A DNA stretch of 64,000 bases from an uncultured delta proteobacterium (GTDB lineage Bacteria; Myxococcota_A; Polyangia; Haliangiales; Haliangiaceae), in NCBI GenBank assembly GCA_963743525.1, contig CAVUQH010000003.1, positions 832,001-896,000 of the forward strand, in the 5' to 3' direction. The translations under genes and the position numbers were made by a program. Below are positions 42,161 to 50,630 of the stretch, one piece after another. The notes below the pieces were generated by a model that saw nothing but the letters and a program-made list of their open reading frames with translations, had not been told where the DNA came from and did not search any database. Numbering within the stretch: the first letter of the stretch is position 1; each line of letters starts with the position of its first letter.

Positions 42161-43624
42161 CTAACTTTCGCGGCCGTACGACTTGCGCAACAGACCGAGC
42201 AGATCGAGTGCAGTGCCGCGCGCCAGGAACAGCGCGCTGGGGATGTAGGCGACGCCGCCGGCGACGACCTCCATGCCCAGCCGCACGAAGCGGTGCTCGA
42301 CGCCCAGCTGCTGCCAGCCCCAGCGCGCGCCGTAGACGGCGGCGACCATCGGCACGCACGCGGCCAGCGGTCCGACGAAGCCGGCGACCATGTGCGAGAA
42401 CCCGATGCCGTCGAGACGGTCGATGTACCAGACGCTGGCCAGCGCGTGCAGACCGAACGCCAGCCCGACGCCGGCGCACGCCCACGACGGTCCGCCGGCA
42501 TGGCCGAGGGCGAAGATGCCGGCGAGCAGCGCGACCACCTTGCCGCACTCGAGCCACATGATCGCCTGCGGCTTGTCGCGCACCTGCAGGTAGCTGGCGA
42601 TGGTCCAGCCGATGGGGCGGAAGATCGCCAGCGCCGACAACACCAACAGTAGCGGCGCCACGCCCTGCCACTCGGCGTTGAACAACACGTGGACCAGCGT
42701 CTCCGAGATCGCGCCGAGCCCGACCGCCAGGGGAAAGACCAGCAGCGCCAGCAGCGCGGTGCCGCGGACCAGCGACCGCTTGCGCTGCTCCTCGGTCATG
42801 TGCGCGAACGACGGCAGCAAGACGTCGCCGATGTGCTCGCCCACCTGCGTGGCCGGGATGTCGGCCAGGTTGTAGGCCAGGTTGTACATACCGGTCGGCC
42901 CCGGGCCGAAGATGCTGGCGAACACCAGATTGTCCCACCGGCGGGCGGCGAAGTGCGCCGACGTCGCCAGCGAGATCGGCAGGCCGAAGCGGAACAGGTC
43001 GCGGGTCTCGCCCTTGTGCAGCCGGTGCGGCTCGATCCACTCGCGCCACGGCGCCGCCTTGCCGAACACCAGCAGGCGCAGGGCCGAGCGGACGACGTTG
43101 GCCAGGACGATCGCCTCGCCGCCCCAGCCGGCGGCGGCCAGCCCGATCGAGGTGCCGGTGTAGAACAGCTCGCCGGCGGTGCGCCCCAGGCTGACCACGC
43201 GGAAGCGCATGTCGCGAACCAGGATCCGCTCGGGCATGTACGACAACCGGTCGAAGCAGACCGCCAGCACCAACCCGGGGACGTAGATCACCGCACCGGG
43301 CGAGCCGAACAGCGGCGTCAGCGGTTTGCGGAACAGCAGCACCACGGCGAGGGCGACGATGCCGAAGGTCAGGTGGTAGAAGCTGGCGTGGAACGCCGCC
43401 CGCCGCCCGGCCTTGGGCTTGGCAATGACGTAGTGGCCAAAGCCGAAGATCGACAGCTGGTTGGCGGTCAGCACCAGCACGCTGGCCACCGACACCTCGC
43501 CCATGATGTCCGGCGCCAGGAACCGGGTCAAAAGCAGGGTGCCGACCACGCCGATCAGCCGCGCGCCGATGCTGCTGCCGATGGTCCAGGCGGCGCCGCG
43601 CACCGCTTTCTTGGCGAGGGACAA
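42161..43624 (-). CDS. wzx: Wzx-type oligosaccharide flippase
   Basis: KAVRGAAW, LTRFLAP, WDNL and GMYNLAY motifs; many TM helices. Confidence 0.88.
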   Translation of the reverse strand: MSLAKKAVRGAAWTIGSSIGARLIGVVGTLLLTRFLAPDIMGEVSVASVLVLTANQLSIFGFGHYVIAKPKAGRRAAFHASFYHLTFGIVALAVVLLFRKPLTPLFGSPGAVIYVPGLVLAVCFDRLSYMPERILVRDMRFRVVSLGRTAGELFYTGTSIGLAAAGWGGEAIVLANVVRSALRLLVFGKAAPWREWIEPHRLHKGETRDLFRFGLPISLATSAHFAARRWDNLVFASIFGPGPTGMYNLAYNLADIPATQVGEHIGDVLLPSFAHMTEEQRKRSLVRGTALLALLVFPLAVGLGAISETLVHVLFNAEWQGVAPLLLVLSALAIFRPIGWTIASYLQVRDKPQAIMWLECGKVVALLAGIFALGHAGGPSWACAGVGLAFGLHALASVWYIDRLDGIGFSHMVAGFVGPLAACVPMVAAVYGARWGWQQLGVEHRFVRLGMEVVAGGVAYIPSALFLARGTALDLLGLLRKSYGRES

Positions 43625-43670
43625 GCGGTCCGTTTATCTCACGCCGTTCGGCCCTGTCCAGTACCGGCGG

Positions 43671-44276
43671 CTACGGTACGTGGATCGAGTCGCCGGCCAG
43701 GAGCACCAGGTTCATCTCCGGTCGCTGGCCGTTGGCGATCAGCCCGTAGGCGATCGGGATCTCGCGGACGGTGCCGGACTTGGGATCCCGGCGCTGGATG
43801 ACGATCTGGTTTCGCTTGGCGAATCGGGTGAATCCCCCGGCCAGGGCGATCGCCTCCGACAGCGTGGTGTAGTGGGTCGCCTGGAATACTCCCGGCCGGA
43901 CCACCTCGCCGGAGACGGTGAAGCTGTAGCTGTTGATGGCGGTGACGGAAACCGTGACCGCGGTTCCTTCCAGCTTGACGAAGTCCTGGAGCCGTTTTTC
44001 GATCTCGGACTTGAGCTGGCTGGGGGTCTTGCCCGCGGCCCGCATGTCGCCGATCAGCGGCATGGTGACGGTCCCGTCGGGCCGGATGACCATGCGCGCC
44101 GACAGATCCGGGTTCTTCCACACATTGACCTGGAGCTCGTCCGCGATGCCCAGGACGTACTCGCTCTTGCGCGGATCCGGCTCCTGCGCATAGTCGTAGC
44201 TGGGGATTTTGGGACCACAGCCCCAGGCGGTGGCCAGGGCGAGGGCGAGACTGATTCCAACCAGGTAGCGTTTCAT
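43671..44276 (-). CDS. short OPX/Wza-type polysaccharide export lipoprotein
   Basis: Lipobox AWGC; PES motif IRPDGTVTMPLIG; SLBB domain; no C-terminal OM helix. Confidence 0.88.
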   Translation of the reverse strand: MKRYLVGISLALALATAWGCGPKIPSYDYAQEPDPRKSEYVLGIADELQVNVWKNPDLSARMVIRPDGTVTMPLIGDMRAAGKTPSQLKSEIEKRLQDFVKLEGTAVTVSVTAINSYSFTVSGEVVRPGVFQATHYTTLSEAIALAGGFTRFAKRNQIVIQRRDPKSGTVREIPIAYGLIANGQRPEMNLVLLAGDSIHVP

Positions 44277-44316
44277 GTCGGGCCGCTCTTGCGCGCTACT
44301 ATAGTCCCGCCCGCCC

Positions 44317-45699
44317 ATGTTTGCCATTCCCGGCACCATCGCTCTGATCGCCTTCATCTACGTGCGCCCGCAAGAGGTGTTCACGGGGCTGCAGCGTCTG
44401 CCGCTGCTGTACATGTTCTTCGCCCTGGCGATCTTCGGGCTGATCGTGGACCTGCGGCTGCGCGTGAGCCGGCCTCGGCTGGTGCCGCAGATGCCCTGGG
44501 TGATCGGCCTGTATCTGTGGAGCCTGCTGACCGTGGCGCTCAACGCGCCGCAGGTGCTGACCGACCGGGCGATCGAGATCGCAATCCCGGTGATCCTGTT
44601 CGTGGTCATCGCCCACAGCGTGCAGTCGTTTCGCATGCTGCAGGTGGTCGCCGCGGCCTTGCTGGCGCTGGTGATCTTCCTCGCCGCGCTCGGTGTGCAA
44701 CAGGGCAACGCCGACTGGGGTTGTGTGCAGCTCGATCCATCCGGCCCGTCGGATCTGTCGAGCGGTCACTTCGACGGACGCTCGTGCCAGACCGATCGGA
44801 TGTGCTACGGCGGCGACGCGGCACCGGGTGCTGACTACGCGTGCGAACGGATCGGCATGCTCGGCACCACCTCGGTCGGTCACGGCCGCGTGCGCTACCG
44901 CGGTGTGCTCCAGGATCCCAACGAGCTGGCGCTGACCATCGGTCTGGGCCTGGCGCTGATGCTGGCCTTCTTCGACCGCAAGAAGAGCGGGTCGCGCGTC
45001 GTGATCATGGTCTTCACCTTCGTGCTGGTGTTGACCTGCGTGATGTACACCGAGTCGCGCGGCGGGCAGCTGGTGTTCCTCACTGTCATCGGCGCCTACT
45101 TCGTGCGCCGCTACGGATGGCGCGGCGCGGTCGCCGGCATGTTGGTCGCGCTGCCGGTGCTCATGCTGGCCGGCAGCGGCGCGCGCCACGACGCCACCAG
45201 CTCGACCGACGAACGGATGGAGACGCTGTACACCGGCATCGACATCTTCCGCTCGTCACCGCTGTACGGAGTCGGCGAGGGCCAGTTCACCGAATACAAC
45301 TACCTGACCGCGCACAACTCGTATGTGCTCGCTGCGGCCGAGCTGGGCATCGTCGGCTTCTTCCTGTTCGCCAGCGTCCTGTACATCTCGATCAAGATCC
45401 CGATCGAGGCGCTGCGCCGCTACGCCGGCCGGCCCGACGCCGCGGTCGCCGCCACCTGGGCCATGGCGCTGCTGGCGCTGCTTGCCGGACTCTACGTCGG
45501 CTCGTTCTTCCTGTCGTTCACCTGGCACCACGTGCTGTGGATCCACCTGGGTCTGTCCGGAGCCCTGTACTCGGCCATCCGCACCCACGACCCGGAGTTC
45601 ACCGTCCGCTACGGCGCCCTCGACATGGTCGGCGTCGGCGCCTTCTGCGTGATCCTCTTGCCGTTCCTGTTCGTCTACCTGCGCCTCAAAGGCGTCTAG
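44317..45699 (+). CDS. Wzy/O-antigen ligase family polymerase
   Basis: Multi-TM protein; DPNELA, TESRGG, PLYGVG and AHNSY motifs. Confidence 0.82.
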   Translation: MFAIPGTIALIAFIYVRPQEVFTGLQRLPLLYMFFALAIFGLIVDLRLRVSRPRLVPQMPWVIGLYLWSLLTVALNAPQVLTDRAIEIAIPVILFVVIAHSVQSFRMLQVVAAALLALVIFLAALGVQQGNADWGCVQLDPSGPSDLSSGHFDGRSCQTDRMCYGGDAAPGADYACERIGMLGTTSVGHGRVRYRGVLQDPNELALTIGLGLALMLAFFDRKKSGSRVVIMVFTFVLVLTCVMYTESRGGQLVFLTVIGAYFVRRYGWRGAVAGMLVALPVLMLAGSGARHDATSSTDERMETLYTGIDIFRSSPLYGVGEGQFTEYNYLTAHNSYVLAAAELGIVGFFLFASVLYISIKIPIEALRRYAGRPDAAVAATWAMALLALLAGLYVGSFFLSFTWHHVLWIHLGLSGALYSAIRTHDPEFTVRYGALDMVGVGAFCVILLPFLFVYLRLKGV

Positions 45700-48500
45700 T
45701 GGAAGTGCCAGCGCCCTTCGGCGTGGTCGATGATCTGCGTCGTCGTCCACGGCATGACGAAGTACTGGTTCACCGACCAGTAGTCGTCCATCAGGTCGCG
45801 GAAGTGGCCGGAGCCGCGGTCGTAGATGTCGCCGCCGGGCAGGGCGATGTGGGTTACCGGCCCGTCGGTGCCGAGCTCGGTGACGTGGCGCATGGCCGGG
45901 CCGTGGCCGTAGGTGAAGTCGGTGTCGCTGTAGCCGGGTGACGCCGCGTCGACCGAGAACTGATCGCCGTGGCGCGGGTAGCCGCCGGCCAGGTCGGGGT
46001 TCGGCTCGCCCGGCGGCGGCACGCTGAGCTCGTCGGCGGGAACCAGCGCGGCCAGGGTGAGGCGGTGGACCTTGCCCCAGCGCCAGTCGTTGGGGTCCGC
46101 CGAGCCGAAGCCGCTCGAGCCAGTCAGCCAGGCGCGCGTGCGCACCAGCGCCATCACCGCTTCGAGCCGGCAGCTCTCGACGGTGCCGGCCGTGCGCATG
46201 TCGTCGCACAGGAGCGGCTCGCCGGTCTGGGTGGCCAGGCCGGTCTTCAGCTGGTCGGGGTGGACGAAGACCGCGTAGGCGGCCGACGCCAGCCAGGTTC
46301 CGGCGCTGTAGCCGAGCACGCTGGCCTCGTCGCCGAACAGGCCCGGCAACAGCTCGACCATCCAGTCGTTGAACAGCGACGTGGCGGCGCTGTCGGTCAG
46401 CTCCGTTTGCGTCGGGTTGCCCGTCGACCGCGGCCGGGGTCTCGTAAGCTCCACGACGACAGCAGCGCGTGCGCGGTGAGCCAGGAAGCTGTCATCGGCG
46501 GCGGTCAGGCCGGCGGCGAAGCTCTGCAGATCGGGGTAGGTACCCGGCGTCTGCCGCTCGGTCTGCAGCGCCTCGATCGCGGCCAGAAGGTGCGGCGCCA
46601 GCGCCGAGCCCATGTTGGAGTAGGTGTCGGCCTGGATCGACATCATGTCGTCGGCAGTGATGGGCCGCTTGGCGTCGACCACCTCCTGGATGCGCCGGGT
46701 GATGCGGCCGACGCGCCAGCCGGGATCGTAATCTTTGGCGCCGACGTAGTAGAGATGGTCCTCGACGGTCGGCTGGTTGAGCGGATTGCCGTCGGCGGTG
46801 GCGCCGATCGGATCGTTGTTGGCGGTGGCCAGGAATCCCTTGGCCGGGTCGACGGCGAACGGCACGTCGTCGGTGGAGAAGAAGCCGTCCCACTCGCAGG
46901 TGCCGTCGCCGGGCACCACCCACCACGGCGCGACTCCTTCGGGCGCGCTGTCGGGATCGAAGCCGAAGCAGCCGGCGGTGCGCCGGGGCAGCAGCGCGTG
47001 CGAGGTCCAGCCGATGTGGCCGGCGTCGTCGGCGAAGACCCAGTTCTGGCCGCCGAAGCCGAAGTCGTCCATCGCCCGGATCCCCTCGTCCACGCTGCCG
47101 GCGGTCCACAGGCGGTAGAAGCTGCGCAGCTCGTGGGTCACCTGATAGCCGGTGTAGCGGACCGAGATCGCCTGGTTGCCGGTGCGCGGCGCCAGGTCGT
47201 GGTCGACGATCGCCGGCACGATCGGCCCGTGGTGCGGCACCCGCTCGTAGGTCACGGTCTTCTGATCGGTGATCGTCCCCAGCGCGCCGATCTTGATCGT
47301 CTCCTGCCAGCTGTCGATCGGCACCTGCCCACCGTCGTAGCTGACGCAGTCGCCGCCGCCGCTGGTGCACGGCGCGACGTCCTCGAGATAGAAGTCGGTG
47401 ACGTCGTGGTTGACCGTGGTCGCGCCCCAGGCCAGGTGCTGGTTGTGGCCGAGGATCACGCCGGGGATGCCGGGGAAGGTGATGCCCTCGACGTCGACCC
47501 GATCGGGCACGGTCAGGTGGACCAGGTAGAAGATCGACGGGCTCGACAGCTGCAGGTGCGGGTCGTTCGACATGATCGCCTGTCCGCCGGCGATCGACGG
47601 CCCGGCAACCCAGTTGTTGGAGCCGTTGTCCGGGTGGTGCAAGAGGTAGTTGCCGACCTTCTTGCGCGCCAACGTGTGGGCGACCTGGGCCAGGAGCTGG
47701 GCCGGCACGTGCGGTCGCCGCGGTCCGGTGCGTCGCGCCGTCGCGCCGGGCGGAAAGCCGTCGATGGTCGAGGTGGTGTCCATCGGCTGGAACGGGAACA
47801 GATCGAAGCCGATGCCGGCGCGCGCCGCCCGCTCGGGATAGGTGCCGGCGTCGGCCCGATCGAAGCGGTCGAAGGCGCGCTGCCAGTCGCGGGTGTAGCC
47901 GATCTCGCCGTCCTCGTACGACAGCGACCAGGCCTGCAGCCGGCCGATGGCCAGCGAATCGACCGGCGTCCACGGCGCCGCGCGGGTGGCGTCGAACCAC
48001 ACCGCCACCGCCGGGTCGAGCTCGTGCTCGCCGTTCGCCAGCTCGCCGAGGTACTGGTTGACGCCGTCGGAGAAGCGCTCGAGGAACGTCACCATCTCCT
48101 GGTCGCGCGGATCGGTCGACGCCTGCAGCTCGGCCCATCCCTCCTCGGCCAGCGGCCGCATCCGGTGCATGCGCATCTCCAGGTCGGTGTCGATCTGCGA
48201 CGCGTCCAGGGCGCCAAACAGCTCGGCGATGGTGGCGCTGGCGAAGTGGCGGAACAGATCCATCTGCGGCAACCGGTCGGCGGCCATGACGTAGCCGTGG
48301 ACGAACGCCAGGTCGTCCATGGTGGTGGCGTAGATGTGCGGGACGCCGTACTCGTCGCGGACCACGTCGGCCGGGCCGTCGAGGCCGTCGATGCGGATCT
48401 CCTGATCGGCGGGGATGCCGTCGAACGGACCGCGGTTCTTCTGGTTGTCTCCGCAGGCGCAGAGCAGGCAGACCAGGCCGAGCAGGCAGCGAGTGCGCAT
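45696..48500 (-). CDS. penicillin acylase family Ntn-hydrolase lipoprotein (three compensating +1 insertions at about 46420-46482)
   Basis: RDEYGVPHIYA, DRLPQMD, GSNNW, NDPHL and HHGP motifs. Confidence 0.9.
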   Translation of the reverse strand: MRTRCLLGLVCLLCACGDNQKNRGPFDGIPADQEIRIDGLDGPADVVRDEYGVPHIYATTMDDLAFVHGYVMAADRLPQMDLFRHFASATIAELFGALDASQIDTDLEMRMHRMRPLAEEGWAELQASTDPRDQEMVTFLERFSDGVNQYLGELANGEHELDPAVAVWFDATRAAPWTPVDSLAIGRLQAWSLSYEDGEIGYTRDWQRAFDRFDRADAGTYPERAARAGIGFDLFPFQPMDTTSTIDGFPPGATARRTGPRRPHVPAQLLAQVAHTLARKKVGNYLLHHPDNGSNNWVAGPSIAGGQAIMSNDPHLQLSSPSIFYLVHLTVPDRVDVEGITFPGIPGVILGHNQHLAWGATTVNHDVTDFYLEDVAPCTSGGGDCVSYDGGQVPIDSWQETIKIGALGTITDQKTVTYERVPHHGPIVPAIVDHDLAPRTGNQAISVRYTGYQVTHELRSFYRLWTAGSVDEGIRAMDDFGFGGQNWVFADDAGHIGWTSHALLPRRTAGCFGFDPDSAPEGVAPWWVVPGDGTCEWDGFFSTDDVPFAVDPAKGFLATANNDPIGATADGNPLNQPTVEDHLYYVGAKDYDPGWRVGRITRRIQEVVDAKRPITADDMMSIQADTYSNMGSALAPHLLAAIEALQTERQTPGTYPDLQSFAAGLTAADDSFLAHRARAAVVVELTRPRPRSTGNPTQTELTDSAATSLFNDWMVELLPGLFGDEASVLGYSAGTWLASAAYAVFVHPDQLKTGLATQTGEPLLCDDMRTAGTVESCRLEAVMALVRTRAWLTGSSGFGSADPNDWRWGKVHRLTLAALVPADELSVPPPGEPNPDLAGGYPRHGDQFSVDAASPGYSDTDFTYGHGPAMRHVTELGTDGPVTHIALPGGDIYDRGSGHFRDLMDDYWSVNQYFVMPWTTTQIIDHAEGRWHFH

Positions 48501-48565
48501 GCCCGGAAGGCTAGTTCATCGCATCGGCCGGCGGAAGAGCCGTCAGCGCCGGCGTAACCCTGGTT

Positions 48566-49511
48566 CTACAAGGTGCCGGAGTCGCAGATGACGCCGAACT
48601 GGCTGCCCCGCGCCGGGTAGCGGTACATGGTACCGAAGCACATCTCGTCCAGGGTCGAGTCGCCGAACGACACCGTCTGGCCGGTGGTGTTGTCGTAGCT
48701 GCAGTAGACGTCAACCTCGTCGCCCTGCTTCATCTGCACCATCGGGTCGAGCGGGTAGATCGCCTGGTTCTCGAAGTTGTAGTCGCCGTCGTGCACGGTG
48801 ACGTCGCCTTCGAATCGAGCTCTTGGCCACCACCTTCATGTGCGTGCCCAGTTGATGCATGTGCGGGTTGACGGCGAACAGGGTGACGTCTCCGTTCATC
48901 ACGCAGCGGCCGGTCTGGGTGCTCTGGCCGGGCGGGATGTGCAGGTTGAAGACGTTGCCCATCAGCACCACCTCGGCCTCGTGCTCGACCTGGTCGGCGG
49001 GGATGGTCTTGATCTCGGTGCCGGAGGTGCCGGTCAGCTCGCTGTCGCCGATGTTGAACAGGTGCAGGTTGAGCAGCAGCTGCTGTCCCTTGGACACCTT
49101 GACCGCGACGCCGGGGGGGAAGGCGATGGGATTGGTGCCGACGCCGGAGCCGAAGATCGCGCCGTCGCCCAGGGTGTTGGCGGTGCAGTCGAACTCGCCG
49201 TCGGGGCCGCCGGCCGAGTCGGTCGCCAGCACGGTGTGGTGGGTGCCCAGCGGGATGACCGCGCGGAACTGGCTGATGTACATGTCCTCGGGGACGGTGG
49301 CGCGCACGCAGCGATATCCCTCACTGCCCGCAGGAATCGACCAGCTGCCCTCGATCAGGGTCTGCCAGCCGTCGCCGCTCCCGCCGGCATCCGCAGTGCC
49401 GCCGCCGCCGCCACCGTCCGCGCCGGGCTCTCCAGCGGGGTAAGAGTTGCCACAGCCCGGGGTGTAAATGCCCAAAACAACGAGACAAAGTAGCGGACGC
49501 ACGGCTCGCAT
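48566..49511 (-). CDS. copper type II (PHM/DBH-like) monooxygenase lipoprotein; +1 frameshift at about 48813
   Basis: GAGGAG RBS; lipobox TPGC; THHT, NLHLFN, PHMH and DEMC motifs. The C-terminus is in ORF 48566..48796. Confidence 0.78.
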
Positions 49512-49603
49512 TGGATCCCTCCTCACGCCCGCGAAGTATGGCCCGCGGGTCCGTGCCGCCTCAATCGAAAACTGAGGCGCGCGTCAGCTATTTCGGACAG
49601 GCA

Positions 49604-49629
49604 TTGACAGCTGTAGTAGCGCTACTACA
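49604..49629. promoter_or_regulatory. -35 TTGACA plus perfect 18-bp palindromic operator
   Basis: TTGACA at 49604-49609; TGTAGTAGCGCTACTACA at 49612-49629. A homologous dyad lies at 50587. Confidence 0.75.
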
Positions 49630-49678
49630 CCATAGTGTAGTTGATCCCATGACCCAAAACCGACCATCATTCCGACCC

Positions 49679-50503
49679 ATGAGAATCACATCCAGCTTGA
49701 TGCTGGGCGCCGCCCTCGCGCTGGCTGCCTCGGCATGTACCAAAGACGACAAGGGGCTCGAGGCTCACTTGAAGAGCATCGATTCCCAGCTCAAAGACAT
49801 CAAGGGCGACCTCGCCGAGCTGAAGAAGGGCGGCATCGCGCGCGGTGCTGCTGGCGCGGCGGCTCGTCCGACCCGGCCCCCCGGTCCCGATGCCCAGGCG
49901 GTCTACGCGGCGCCCATCGAAGGCGCGGCGTTCCTCGGCGCACCCAACGCCAAGGTAACGATCGTCGAGGGCTTCGACTTTGCTTGACCGTTCTGCCTGA
50001 GGGTCCGTGAGACCGTCCACCAGCTGTTGAAGGATTACCAGGGCGACATCAAGGTCGTCTACAAGAACCTCATCGTTCACCCCGGTAGCGCAACGATACC
50101 GGCGGAAGCCGCGTGTGCCGCGCATCAGCAAGGCAAGTTCGCGGAGATGGAAGACCTGATCTGGAAGAAGGGCTACCAGGATGGCCGCAACCTGTCCAAG
50201 GACCGCATGACCGAGCTCGCCAAAGAGGTGGGGCTCAACATGTCGAAGTTCGCCGCGGACATGGATGGCCAGTGCAAGAAGATCGTCGCGCAGGACGCGA
50301 ACGACATGCGCAAGATCGGTGCGCGCGGCACGCCTGCCTTCTTCATCAACGGTCGCTTCCTGTCTGGTGCTCGACCGATCGATCAGTTCAAGACGCTGAT
50401 CGACGAGGAGCTCAAGAAGGCGAACGACCGCATCGCCAAGGGCACCAAGGTCGAGGACTACTACAAGACCTGGGTGCTGGACAAAGGCAAGAAGAGCTTG
50501 TAG
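49679..50503 (+). CDS. DsbA-like thioredoxin-fold lipoprotein, predicted selenoprotein (UPFC; Sec TGA at 49985-49987)
   Basis: ORFs 49511..49987 and 50027..50503 are one frame: GFDFA-TGA-PFCLRVRETVHQLLKDY...RGTPAFFING. The TGA aligns with the first Cys of CPFC in the adjacent paralog. Start may be 49649 or 49679. Confidence 0.85.
49999..50017 (+). other. candidate bacterial SECIS hairpin
   Basis: GA-G-GGUC[CGUGA]GACC-G-UC; the apical loop starts 18 nt after the UGA and has G at loop position 2 followed by U. Confidence 0.6.
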
Positions 50504-50527
50504 CCACCCCTTCCAACCTTCGTTTGC

Positions 50528-50566
50528 GGGAAGCCGCGCCCATGTCGGGTGCGGCTTCTCGTTTTT
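50528..50566 (+). terminator. Rho-independent terminator between the two DsbA-like genes
   Basis: GGGAAGCCGCGCCC-atgtc-GGGTGCGGCTTCTC followed by GTTTTT. Confidence 0.8.
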
Positions 50567-50578
50567 CGGATCGCGAAA

Positions 50579-50612
50579 ACTAGATTTGTAGTAATGTTAC
50601 TACATCTGTAGT
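50579..50612. promoter_or_regulatory. tandem BlaI/MecI/CopY-type operator boxes
   Basis: ACTAGATTTGTAGT-aatgtt-ACTACATCTGTAGT (TACA-NN-TGTA core); includes the dyad TGTAGTAA-tg-TTACTACA at 50587-50604. Confidence 0.7.
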
Positions 50613-50630
50613 CTATACCCGCAGCAGGAG

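Noticed and set aside
45969..48557. Long antisense and alternate-frame ORFs (this one and many others, e.g. 20366..22225, 57783..59837, 62494..63984)
   Set aside because: Shadow ORFs typical of high-GC DNA, lying opposite genes with clear family motifs.
49985..49987. TGA as a simple nonsense mutation or pseudogene
   Set aside because: Disfavoured but not excluded: it falls exactly on the catalytic Cys column, the rest of the gene is intact, and a SECIS-like hairpin follows.
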